Below are positions 36,601 through 47,963 of a stretch of DNA of 64,000 nucleotides, one piece after another. Below the pieces are notes generated by a model that worked only from the letters and a program-made list of their open reading frames with translations, did not search any database and was not told the DNA's origin. A program made the position numbers and the translations under genes. The DNA comes from Asterias rubens. Lineage: Eukaryota. The stretch lies in NCBI RefSeq assembly GCF_902459465.1, contig NC_047080.1, forward strand, positions 10,354,001-10,418,000, in the 5' to 3' direction. Within the stretch, counting starts at the first letter, position 1. Each line of letters starts with the position of its first letter.

Positions 36601-36862
36601 TACGGAAACTTTTCCTGGCATAAAATGCAACTATGGTAGGACTGGGTTATGTTGTGCACTGCATGTAGTGTAGTGAATCTCCAGTGTAGTGTAGCATGGA
36701 GGAAGAACCTCTAAAAATAACAATCTCTCGCAACATGGAGGAATAAATTCCTCCATGCTCACAATGACAACAGTCTTGGTCTGTACCGTCTTCATACAAA
36801 CATCTTACCGGATATTTACTTGCCGTCTCGTCATCAAGATCTGATATTCCAACCAACACCAT
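33685..36862 (-). CDS. TMEM141: Transmembrane protein 141; complete, 4 exons, 134 aa
   Basis: Exons: 36862-36809 (MVLVGISDLDDETASKYP), 35575-35509 (GIHEYGQCQSKAFIKGMFAFFA), 34532-34446 (GGAGGFTAWFAIRQKYQKFPAVYNVVFIA), 33881-33685 (GGAIVSSYAVASIASKQCQKLW...KYGDRMG stop); 405 nt in phase. It aligns with human TMEM141 as I recall it: MVNLGLSRVDDAVAAKHP / [23 protein letters not shown] / ...SVVSYGVTRVESEKCNNLW. Confidence 0.88.
36484..36618. mobile_element. ~135-bp MITE
   Basis: TTCCGTAAGGCGCCACCACTTTTTCA...TGAAAAAGTGGTGGCGCCATACGGAA inverted termini. A second copy lies at about 51549-51677. Confidence 0.7.
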
Positions 36863-37374
36863 TATGCTGATAAAAATGACGGAGGGTGTTTCTAACTACT
36901 AAAAGTTAGAGACAAAATTCCCGGCGTCTTTTAGTTTACATTACATAATCGGCACAAAAGTGCACAGACACACTTATGAAACTTACGGGCAGCAAGTAGG
37001 GCGCCACCTATTGACCAATCATTTTATTCTGGATTTGAGGCATTGCATGCTGGTGCGCGAGGATTGGTTTGCGATCGAACCATGTAATGTGGGTATACCT
37101 TGCCAGAGATTATGTTCATAATCTACCTGGAAGTAGATATATATACACTCATTGTGATATCGCAAACCAATTATAAAGTAGCATCATCATAAAAATACCC
37201 CAAAGTTTGCCTACTAACCCCGTCTAGCGGAAAAATCATCGGAGGTGCCCCCAAATAATTTTGTTAACTGCACAAAAAGAACAGCCTGCAGTTGCTGTAA
37301 AAGGACAACAATCATAAACGAAAGATTAGTAATTTATCAAAGCCCTGACGACACGTGCTTTGGGTTATGTTGGA

Positions 37375-37860
37375 TTTGAGGCCAGTATCAGATGCAATTG
37401 TGTCCGCCATGCAATACTGCCCGCTGCGGACACTTTTGCATATGCAATCGTGTCCGGGGCTATGCAAGAACCGTCCGGTGGACATAACATGACTGTACAT
37501 GTACATAATAATATGTGCGTGCGTAAGCGAGCGTGCATGCGCTGAAAATAAAGCATGAATATTCACGTATTTGCAGCAAATACCCAACAGTCGAACATTT
37601 CCCATGTCATCATGACATGCCCTTAACAAAAATGGCGAACGTGTTCCGTCGACCAAGGGCGTTTAATTTACTGCAAGGACGGTTTTGCATGGGTCGGACA
37701 CAACTACATATGCAAATTTTTCCGGGCGGACACAATTGCATTATGCAGCAGCGTCCGGGTGGACACGATTACATATACAAAACCGTCCGGCGGACATTAT
37801 TGCATGTGGAATAATGTGCTCCTGATAGTATTGCATAGAAGACATAATTGCATGCGACAT
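37375..37860. mobile_element. Element with arrays of inverted subterminal repeats
   Basis: Repeated TGCATATGCAATCGTGTCC-like motifs at the left end and their complements (GGACACAATTGCATTATGCA, GGACACGATTACATAT) at the right end. Confidence 0.55.
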
Positions 37861-38818
37861 GACTATTGGTCGTTTCCACATTACAGGCAGTGGACACTAT
37901 TGGTAACTACTCAAAATAATTATTAGCATAAAACCTCCTTTTTTTTGGTAACGAGTAATGGGGAGAGGTTGATAGTATGAAACATTGTGAGAAACGGCTC
38001 CATCTAAAGTGACGTGGTTTTCGAGAAGGAAGTAATTTTCCACGAATTTGATTTCGAGACCTCAAGTTTAGAACTTGAGGTCTCGAAATCAAGCATCTGA
38101 AAGCACACAACTTCGTGTGACCAGGGTGTGTTTTCTTTCATTATTAACTCGAAACATGGACGACCGATTGAGCTCAAACTTTCACAGGTTTGTTATTTTA
38201 TGCATAATGTTGAGATACACCAAATGTGAAGGCTAGTCTTTGACAAATACCAATAGTGTCCACTGTCTTTAAGAACTAAAAAGTAATGGGTTGACTTACA
38301 GGTAGGCGCACACCAACCTAATAGCTCAATTTCATTACGATAAATAATTATTTTCGTTGCTTGCACTATATGCACGTAGAAAAATGTCTACGTCCATGCT
38401 TCATGTACATAATGTGACCCGCTCTGTGAAAATGAGTAAGATGTTGACAATTAAAAAAATTGAGTTATAGGCATGGCTGGAAAGAACACATCAGCTGCAG
38501 TTATTTGGTATGTCTAAGCTTTGGGATGCATCGCGTTGCTGTGTTACTCCAACAGCCAGTATATCAGTTTTTGTTAAACACAAGTGTTACAGGTAAAAGT
38601 GATGTTTTAAAATTTCGCGCAAAAGGATACAAGTTAGACTAAAGTATGATCACAGAATTCATAAGCTTTATTGCCTTAATTTTTTTTAAATAAAAATAAA
38701 AAGTATTTTTTATTTTTGTTATCCACATTAAACTGTCCATAACTCAATAACGCATTGGGCGACGTCTGACTCATTTTCACAGATGGGGGTCCCACAATTA
38801 TTTTACCAATAAGTGTCA

Positions 38819-38970
38819 TGGGGTCGATTTCACAAAGAGTTAGGACTAGTCCTAACTTAGGACTAGTCCTAGGAGATTATACGATTTGCATGGATAGTCC
38901 TAAGTTAGGACGAGTAACTGGTCCTAACTCGAGATAAGACTTGTCCTAACTCTTTGTGAAATCCACCCCT
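38819..38970. mobile_element. Palindromic MITE (family F, Harbinger-like)
   Basis: GGGGTCGATTTCACAAAGAGTTAGGACTAGTCC...TTTGTGAAATCCACCCC with internal AGGACTAGTCCT repeats. Copies at about 41262-41380 and 59597-59770; fragments at about 20065-20200 and 45520-45940. Confidence 0.75.
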
Positions 38971-39234
38971 GGGCTATGATCTGTACAAATTCTCAATTTT
39001 AATACAACTATGACAAAATACTTCTACACAAACTTCAGTCAATACCCTTTCCAGCTCACCAAACACGCATAATACAAAAAGATATGAATAATAATAATAG
39101 TCGCCAATAATCCATCAAACATTAATTTGTTTCTAGCTACTCACAACGAATGGTTAGTTGTTGTATAATTTTATCCGCGAATTTTGTCGATGATTTCGAC
39201 GGTTCTCTGGGAATTTAATTTGGACCATGGGCTA

Positions 39235-42200
39235 CTAAGTCGCAGACATTACGAAAATGATTATGTTCACGAAAAAGCCGCCGACATACAAAACAAACCC
39301 AAGCATATCGAGACGATGTGCAATCCTCTTCCAGTTAGTGGCGACTGTTTCCTGTCAAAAAAAAAAAAAAAAAAAAAAAAATGCAAACAGTTTTAAGGGC
39401 AACCATTATACAAACCTAAAAATCATTGCAAAGAGCCATTAAGGTGGACAAATATCTTTCTTTTTTCTAGATTTTAGTGGTGAAAGACGGATACTTAAGT
39501 GAAGTTTGTTCCAATTTGACTCAAAAAGAATAACAGAGATTGACTTTCAATCTCAAAAGAGCGAAACCGACACAACAAATAAGAGTAAAATTTTCACTCA
39601 AAAGAGAGTAGTGCTATAATAGGTGTCAGGACACTACGTACCTTTGCCACTTCGTACACGGGACACTTCGTACCTTTTTAAGGTACGAAGTGTCCCAGCG
39701 AGTGGCCACTCAGTGTACCTGTGCCACTTGGCCTACAGTGTACCTTTGCCACTCCCTGATGGGACACTTCGTACCTTTTTAAGGTACGAAGTGTCCCAGG
39801 GAGTGGCAAAGGTTCGAAGTGTCCGACATCCCTGTATATGTATTTTGTTTGTTCACCTTTGATATCTCATCTTCCAAAGCGTCTCCATCACGCCCCAAGT
39901 CGTAATTGTTCTCTTCTTGTGAGCTCGTACTGCCGAGATTCACACAAAACACTTTCTCCTTCTTCTTCTTCTCCTTGGGGACCTCCCAGTTGTGTAAGGT
40001 GAGCGTCACGGCAGTCAACAGCACAGAGCAACCACACAAGAAGAAGGTAATGACAATGAAAGACAGCGCGGCCGGGGGCTCCCCGTTGCCGCCTTCCGGA
40101 AGCGCTCCCTGGACCAGCGTCTGAAACACCACGAAGCCTAAAAGTAAAGACACGCCAAAGGAAAGCTTCTCACCGCAGTCCGGCGGAAGCCAAAAGATGG
40201 CGGCTGCGATGATGCCCAGAAAGGCGGATGGACCTATCACTGAATATATATAAGCCACCCATTCGCGTTGGAGAGATATACTTATCCTGATATCGATTGT
40301 ATACATGCATCTTGGATCACCAATCACAGGTGATGTTACCCACTCGACTGATGTAGCTTCTGAGTGGTCTACCTCGAAATTGGCGCATTTTAATTTGAAT
40401 GGTTGGATTGTTACGTCAAGCAGCTTCCAGTCATTAACAATGCTGAGCCGGTAGTCCTTAGTCAGACGAGGTAACAACCTCACGAGGGAATCGGGTGTGG
40501 TGGTTAGTCCAACTAATACATCACAAGTTTGACTATCGAACGGGAATTTACCCTGCTTTAAGAAACAGGAGGAGTGATACTCTATCATGTTCATCGTGTT
40601 CACCTTACCGTTGTACATCAGCAAGGATTCTGTCGAATCTCCGATAACTCCAATTCGTGCATAACTGTCGTGCAAAATAGAAACAAAAGACATAACCAAA
40701 GACTTCAAAAAACTTTCAGGCTTCTTCGTCAGGTTAATAAATAATAGAGAGGTTTAGCTGCGCGTACGCGAGCATAATAATACGTTTTTAGCATAGGTAA
40801 AGTTGACATTAATTTATCACGTCAGGTACGTACATGCAGACGTAGCATGAAATTAGCCTAAAGTGAGGACGTCATACAACACAACTTGTTTACGCTCACG
40901 TTCACTTTTTTGCTCGCGTGACGTGCAGCTGAACCTCCCTAAATGACTGTATACGCAAACTTGAATAGCTGAGTATACTTTTGTTACAGTAGGCCTACTG
41001 TAACTCCAAATTAATACTTTACATTATCTTACAAACTTGCTTAGTAACAATAAACACATTGTGAGAAACGGCTCCCTCTGAAGTAACGTATTTTTGAGAA
41101 AGAGGTAATTCTCAGTCAGATATTAAAAGAAAGCACATACAATTTGGGCAACAACGATGTTTTTTCTTTCACTATTTTCTTGCAACTTAAATGACCAATT
41201 GAGTTCAAATGTTCATAGATTGTTGTTTTATGCATGGGGTGTCTTTGAAAATATTACCAAAGGGGTGGATTTCACAAAGAGTTAAGACTAGTCTTATCTC
41301 GAGTAACAAGTTACTTGTCCTATCTTAGGACAAGCCATGCGTTTTTAATATCTCCTAACTTTTTGTGAAATCGACCCCAGTGTCTTTAAATGCACTGGCA
41401 GGACACGTTACGCAATTATTAACGGACCGCCAACCGCCAACCCGGTCATTACCACGGAATGGAGACCGGTGTGGCGGTTTCAGTCTTCCGCCGTGTTCAG
41501 TTTTCCGGGTGACGTAGTCGGACATATCAGCACGTTGTTCGAACGGTTTTAGCTTTCCGGCGTGTTCAGTTTTCCGGGTGACCTGTCAGATACCGCCGCG
41601 AGTACCCTGGCGAGTATTGTAGTTCTCTCAGCAGTGACCCCAAATTGTTTATATTACGATTCTTTTATGTGTAGTCACACAATCTCTTGCCCCATCTTTA
41701 CATGTATTCATGGGTACAACTTTAGGCAGGTCACACTCTGCTTGCATAAAAAAACAACTCATACGATCCACGCGTTTGTCGCTAGTTGTACTCGACTCGT
41801 GGACGCCGCCATGACAGCTACCCGAGGGTAACGGATGACTCAATACGGAACTAAAAATGGACTACTTTCGCTTGCTGTGCGCAGGCATCGCATGACGTCA
41901 TGCTACCGTATTTGGTCATTCGGAAAACTGAACACAGCGGAAAGTTGAAACCGCCACACCGGAACATCACTTAATCCCAAATAATTATTGAATAAAAATG
42001 TTGCAAACTAAACAAAATGAACAATAATGTGAATACATACTCTTTGCGCATGATCAGTCGGGGGTACCATATCTCATTTGTATTCACAATCATGTACTCA
42101 ACACCACCGTAGTCGTCAGGGTTCCAGCTCAGTCTCTCATCCTCCCATTGCTATAGGTTACAACAACACACATTAGAGAAACTCGAGTAAAGTTATAACC

Positions 42201-45172
42201 ATAAAGTTAACGTTTTTGGACTTTGCAGGGTGGAAGTATAAGATGTTTGCAGTAACACCATGTGGAAATCTCTTTTGAGTATATAGTGTTAGTTCTGAAA
42301 AGAACCAGTGGTTGAAACGAATTGAGTATGGAGTTAATATATAGGATTTGAGCCATTGCCTGGTACGGTGAGGATATCAATGTATATAATATAATTTGGT
42401 TTGCGGTAACACATTGTGTGTACCTACTTGCCAGGTAGAGTTTGTTCTTTAGAGAACTGTCTTGCTTTATTCTACTACCGCAGATGTTGGGGGTTCGGGA
42501 GAATTCTCAGTTCTGAAGAGAATGGTATAGAATATAGGCTGGGACTACTACTTTCTCATAGGATCGTGGTTAAACTGAACTACTGCGGAGTCAGTTCTTA
42601 AATTGGTCTCAACGTTTCCACTAGCTTGCTCTAGTCATCGTCAGGAGATTGAATGAGTGTGGAGTTGTTAACCACAGCTCAGGGCCTAAGAAAGAATTTA
42701 TATGTTTTGTCTACTCTATAGAGTTACAAAAATCGAACGGTTTCTTAAAGACCATCTGCCGCGAAGTGGGATATCGTTGCTTACATGCATTAAACATGCT
42801 AGGCAAATTTAGCTTTAAATTTTAAATAGTGGAAATAAAAAGTGTTTTGATGACTGTAAATCTTACTAATACACCACATTTCAATCTTATTGAACAAATT
42901 TAATTATGGCTTAGGTCAAATAACCTCTGTGTTTTTATAGCTTTATTTAAAAGTAATTGTGCGTGACAAGATTGAGCACGGAAGACAATACTATGACGTC
43001 GAGGTATATTCCGAAGGCTAACAGTAAAGGCACTGGACACGTTTGGAAATTAAAAACATTTACGTGTATTTGCATATAAGCTTCCTTGGTAACGAGCAAT
43101 GGAGAGCTGTTGATAGTAAAAAACAAAACAAAACAAAAACAAACAATAAACGTTGTGAGAAACGACTCCCTCTGAAGTAACGTATAGTTTTTGAGAAAAT
43201 GATAATTTTGCAGACAGACTTCAGGCCTGAACTTCTTGTAGGCATTTCAAAGCACACCAATTTGGACAACAAGGGTGTTTTATTATTTTCTTGCAACTTC
43301 GAAACCAAGCGCCAAAATTGTGCGATGTTTGTTATTTTAATATGTATAACGTTGGGATACCGTAGGTGAAAATACTGGTCTTTGACAATCTACTACCAAA
43401 ACGTGTCTTTATGGCAGTGGACATTATTGGTAATTACTCAAAATAATTAATTGCATAAAACCTTACTTGGTAATGAGTAATGGGGAGAGGTTGATAGTAT
43501 AAAACATTGTGAGAAACGGCTCCCTCTGAAGTGCCATAGTTTTCGAGAAAGAAGTAATTTTCCACGAAGTTGATTTCGAGACCTCAGATTTAGAACTTGA
43601 GGTCTCGAAATCAACCATCTAAACGCACACCACTTCGTGTGACAAGGATGTTTTGGTCTTTCATAGTTATCTCGCAACTCCGACGACCAATCGAGCTCAA
43701 ATTTTCACAGGTTTGTTATTTTATGCATATGTTGAGATACACCAAGTGAGAAGACTGGTCTTTGACGATTACCAATAGTGTCCAGTGTCTTTAAAGCTTT
43801 TGTTTCCCGTATAATTACAAACTACATCACTGTTTCAACTTAATAACTAAGAGTGACTATAAACAATATGAATAGTCAACTTGCGGGTACAACCATGAGT
43901 AAAATCTCTTTTGAAGGAGTGGTGGCTCTGAAAAGAGCCGGTTTGGTCTCGACGTTTCGAACAATAATACACTCTGCTCGTCCTCAGTCCTACTGTTCGA
44001 AACGTCGAGACCAAACCGGCTCTTTTCAGAGCCACCACTCCTTAAACAGATATTTTACCCATGGTTGTACCCGCAAGTTTACTATTCATAATATGTATAT
44101 TTATAGTATACCCTCATTCTCAACACCATGCAAAGCTTCAAACACCATTAACATAATTGTCTAGCTTTCAGGGAAAAATAAAAATAAATTAATACTCACC
44201 ACTGAGAATGAAGCAGCGGAATACAGACTTTGTTGTCTTGAATCCTAAATGGAAAGAAAAATATGTCCAATTATTTTTTATAAACTAATTTTGTGATCGA
44301 AAAACTTGCTGTGAATGGCCGAAATCGAATGTTTGTTGTGAGTTAGAGACTAATGTCTGTTAAAATTCGGCCAAATTCTAAGTGGTATAACAGAACCTTC
44401 ATGAGTTGCATGCAAATATACTGGGTTGTTGAACTTGAAATCATGTATGGGTGTTGTCATTATTATACCGAAGAGGAGAAAATCAAAATTAACATCATGA
44501 TGTTCAAATAATCCACATGGGAAGAAATTAGTGTTATTAAAGGCACTGGACACTATTAGTAATTACTCAAAATAATTGTTTAAGCATAAAAACTTACTTG
44601 GTAACAATCAATGGAGAGTTGTTGATAGTATAACACATTGCGAGAAATGGCTATCTGAAGTAATGTAGTTTTCAAGAAAGAAGTCATTTGATTTCGAGAG
44701 ACATCAGGTTTAGAATTTGAGGTCTCGAAATCAAGCATCTGAAAGCACACAACTTCGTGTGACAAGGGTGTTTTTTCTTCCTTTATTATCACGCAACTTC
44801 GACGACCAATTGAGTTCAAATTTTCACAGATTTGTTATTTTGTGCATGTTAAGATACACCACGTGAGAAGACTGATCTTTGACAATAACCAAAGGTAGCC
44901 TCGACCAGTGTCAACCCGATATTATTATTCAGTTACGTTCAGATTCATTCAGGTATACCTACCAAGCTCAAAATAGCAATGCGTTCTTGACCGACAATGA
45001 CGTGGACATCGATGGGTTGTGTGGCGTTTTTGACGGGTCGAACGCGCCGATCGTACCGGCCCGGTGCGTCCAGCAGACCCTCCAAAAGCCGCTGCTCGTC
45101 GTTCCAGGGTGGACCAGCCTGAGAAAACACAACACGGCACACGAGCCCTAGCCAAAGTACAGTTCGATTCAT
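39235..45172 (-). CDS. Divergent nAChR-like Cys-loop ligand-gated ion channel subunit (predicted cation-selective, non-alpha); complete, 5 exons, 429 aa
   Basis: Exons: 45172-44963 (CACCATG start, signal peptide, YDRRVRPVKN), 44244-44200 (45 nt), 42150-42041 (110 nt; QWEDERLSWNPDDYGGV...IWYP), 40664-39857 (Cys-loop CFLKQGKFPFDSQTC = C-x13-C, M1-M3, LPPDCGEKLSFGVSLLL), 39351-39235 (WKRIAHRLD plus M4 and stop). The total of 1290 nt is in phase. The 45-nt and 110-nt exons are the conserved exon sizes of nAChR/5-HT3 genes. Confidence 0.93.
41466..41962. mobile_element. GC-rich MITE with ~42-bp terminal inverted repeats
   Basis: CCGGTGTGGCGGTTTCAGTCTTCCGCCGTGTTCAGTTTTCCG at the left end and CGGAAAACTGAACACAGCGGAAAGTTGAAACCGCCACACCGG at the right end. 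Confidence 0.7.
42400..42650 (-). mobile_element. Penelope-like element terminal remnant ending in a hammerhead-like motif
   Basis: The block GGTAACAC...TACTTGCCAGGTAGAGTTTGTTCTT...TTCTCAGTTCTGAA is shared with about 17545-17690 and 26510-26640. This copy ends in a hammerhead core at 42607-42648. The Penelope assignment is inferred from that motif. Confidence 0.55.
42607..42648 (-). ncRNA. Minimal type I hammerhead ribozyme-like motif (one stem II mismatch)
   Basis: Minus strand: TCTC-CTGACGA-T-GACTAG-agcaag-CTAGTG-GAAA-CGTT-GAGA. It has stem I (TCTC/GAGA), the CUGANGA and GAAA core boxes, a palindromic ACGU stem III and a GUU cleavage triplet. The G10.1-C11.1 pair is broken at position 42619. 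Confidence 0.6.
43851..44114. repeat. ~260-bp palindrome (inverted Penelope-like ends) with a hammerhead-like core at 43945-43987 on the minus strand
   Basis: Arms such as AAGGAGTGGTGGCTCTGAAAAGAGCCGGTTTGGTCTCGACGTTTCGAACA and its exact complement. The minus strand at the centre reads CTGAGGA-C-GAGCAG-agtgtatta-TTGTTC-GAAA-CGTC-GAGA. Confidence 0.8.
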
Positions 45173-47606
45173 GGTGAAATCTCAAAATGAAACTGCTCAA
45201 CGAAATCAGATATTTGGTGGTTCTGTCTGATTTATTTAGAACAGCGAGATGTTATAGATGATGGTACCCCGACGCAGTCTAACCACGGTGTCCTTTGAAC
45301 TGTTAAGCGCAAGACACTGTCACCAGACTACGATACACATTAGCAGATGAAAGTACTCTGACATTATACCAGTCCTAAATCAAACAACTTAATTGGCTAG
45401 AAACCATTAGTGACAATGCCTCATTATAATTACCATTAGAGATTTATATTTTGATATTTATCTTTTAGCGCTTTGTAAAATCGTGCACTAAAACGTCTTC
45501 AAAATATTATAGTAGGCCTGAGTGGATTTCACAAAGAGTTAAAGGCAGTGGACACTTTTGGTAATTACTCAAAATAGTTATTATCATAAAACCTTTCTTG
45601 GTTACGAGTAATTATGAGAGCTGTTGTTAGTACAAAACGTTGTGAGAAACGGCTCCCTCTGAAGTGACGAGAAGGAAGTAATGTTCCACGGATTTGATTT
45701 CGAGACATCAAGTTAAGAATTTGAGGTCTCAAAAACAAGCATCTGAAAGCACACAACTTCGTGTGACAAGGGCTTTTTTTATTTCATAGTTATCTCGTAA
45801 CTCCGACGACCAATCGAGCTCAAACTTTCACAGGTTTGTTATTTTATGCATATGTTGAGATACATAAGTGAGAAGACTTGTCTTTGGCAGTTACCAATAG
45901 TCTCCAGTGTCTTATGACTAGTAGTATCTCTACTTAGGACGAGTTACACCCGTACCCGAATACATTTTGCAAACCTCTATAAGAAAGAATCGCAACCACC
46001 AAGCGGGTGAAACGCGAAGCGCGGCATCCCGCTAGTTTTTATAAAAACACCGTCCACATTTAAATTATTTATAAGTATAGCCAAGCTTAAACGATTAAAC
46101 TGTAAGTCATTTTCATCTAAGTGAATGTCAAACCATATTTTGTCACAAATCTCCGTTGTATATTTTATCAGCATCATTTGAATTCTCAAAACCGAGTGAA
46201 GGCTGAACGAGAGAACAAGGTTGTCAATGTAGGCTACACCTCGTTACCTTTTCATTGTTCAATTACAAATACTGTAACTCTAAAAACGTACAACCTTAAT
46301 CTCAAAACGATCAAGCTTCTTTTTGTTAATCCTAAGAAAAATAGTCAAGCGGATTTAAGGAAAACGAACGCGTGAATTCAAACATTAACAATATTAAACA
46401 CCGCCACAGCACCATACAACTCTCATCCAATTAATATACGATTTCGGGTTGAACAAAGAAAAATTTACTAGTAGGAGCGGGATTTGAACCAACGACGTCC
46501 GGTTTAACGTGCCGGCGCTCTGAGCTATCTAGCCCTATGTTGGAGGTCTCACAATTTTGTCAATATCTTTGTTTCGGGGGGTGGGTGCCTGTCAGAAGCC
46601 ATTCAACCAATATTTAATATACCAAATATTGTGACAAAGAAATCCTTGAAATAAACCATAATCATACGGGTAGTCGTATTTTATTTCATATTTTACTCGG
46701 TACAACAATTACCAAGAGGTACCAGTAAAAAAAAAGTCAACATATAATAAAATCAGGCGTAAATCCATTCAAGAAAAGAAAACTAAAAGAAAAAGAAAAG
46801 TGCAAAACACTTTAGGCTTAAAGGGGCTATGTCGTCCCTATGTTTACATTCAAACCGCCCTCTGTTGAAAACAAACCACTGTATACGTCATGTTTCGCCG
46901 GGGCAAAAAGACACGGAGTCATGGTAAGATTGCATACACTTTCTAGCTGGCTGCCAAAACAGCTTTTTCGTGTGACGTCAGAGGTCACATCGTCTATACA
47001 TTGGTGAGTTAATTATTCCATGTACAGCCGAAATCCTGCTTTGATCGTGACGAAACGGCCCCTTCAATGTGTGTTTAGTTTGTCTAAAACCTACATTGTG
47101 ATGTTTCAAAATGTTGATTTATTGAATTGATCTTTCAAATCGATCTGTAATATCGATCTTCACAAGTATATTGATCTTACATCGATCTTTGAAGTCGATA
47201 CAATCCAAACGAGGATGATGCAACGAATATATAGTCTGGTCACTTATCACACCACGAACACTATAGTGTATCTATACATAATATACGAGACAGGGAAACC
47301 GACTGGGCTCATTTTTTTTAAAGCTGTTAAAGCAGAAATTTTACAAATTGGACAAACCTCTTTGCTTGACAAATTGAGTCGGGCACGCCACAACAATGGT
47401 ATTCAATATTCAATATATATTTATTTCCACAAAACATTTCCACAATATTATAGTAAAACATACAGGTATATAAATGACAGGAAAACAAAAATAAACTGGC
47501 GGAAAACGCGTGGAGGCAAGGCCCAAGATAAGCCAGGTAGCTTGTGTAGCGGCTTGCCTTTACATAACAAAATAGATAAACTAAAGGTACATGCTTAGGA
47601 CAAAAC

Positions 47607-47695
47607 ACAGACGAAACAGACAGACAGACAGACAGACAGACCGTCAGACAAACAGACAGACAGACGGACAAACAGACATACATACATACGAACAA
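47607..47695. repeat. (GACA)n/(CATA)n microsatellite
   Basis: Imperfect tetranucleotide run visible directly in the sequence. Confidence 0.9.
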
Positions 47696-47963
47696 ACTAC
47701 TGGAGAAAATGACAATGACAAAGTAAGCAAAAACTACAATGAGAATATAGGTATAGAAACTATGTCACATACTGGGAAATAAGGAACTTTTTATAAAATA
47801 TTTTGAACATAGCCACAGAGGATGAGGTTTTGATTGTCTGGTCAACCGAATTCCAAAGACGAAGACCATAGTGACGGAGAGTATTTGATGTGTATGATGT
47901 GCGTGCGAATGGGACGCATGTTGTTACTAGATCTAGGGTTGTGGTTACTTTTCTGTGCTTAGC

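Noticed and set aside
36647-36808. ORF continuation (VRCLYEDGTDQDCCHC...) as coding sequence, or as the M4 exon of the channel gene
   Set aside because: Only the first 18 codons are exonic (TMEM141 exon 1, donor CCG/gtaaga). The true M4 exon is at 39351-39235.
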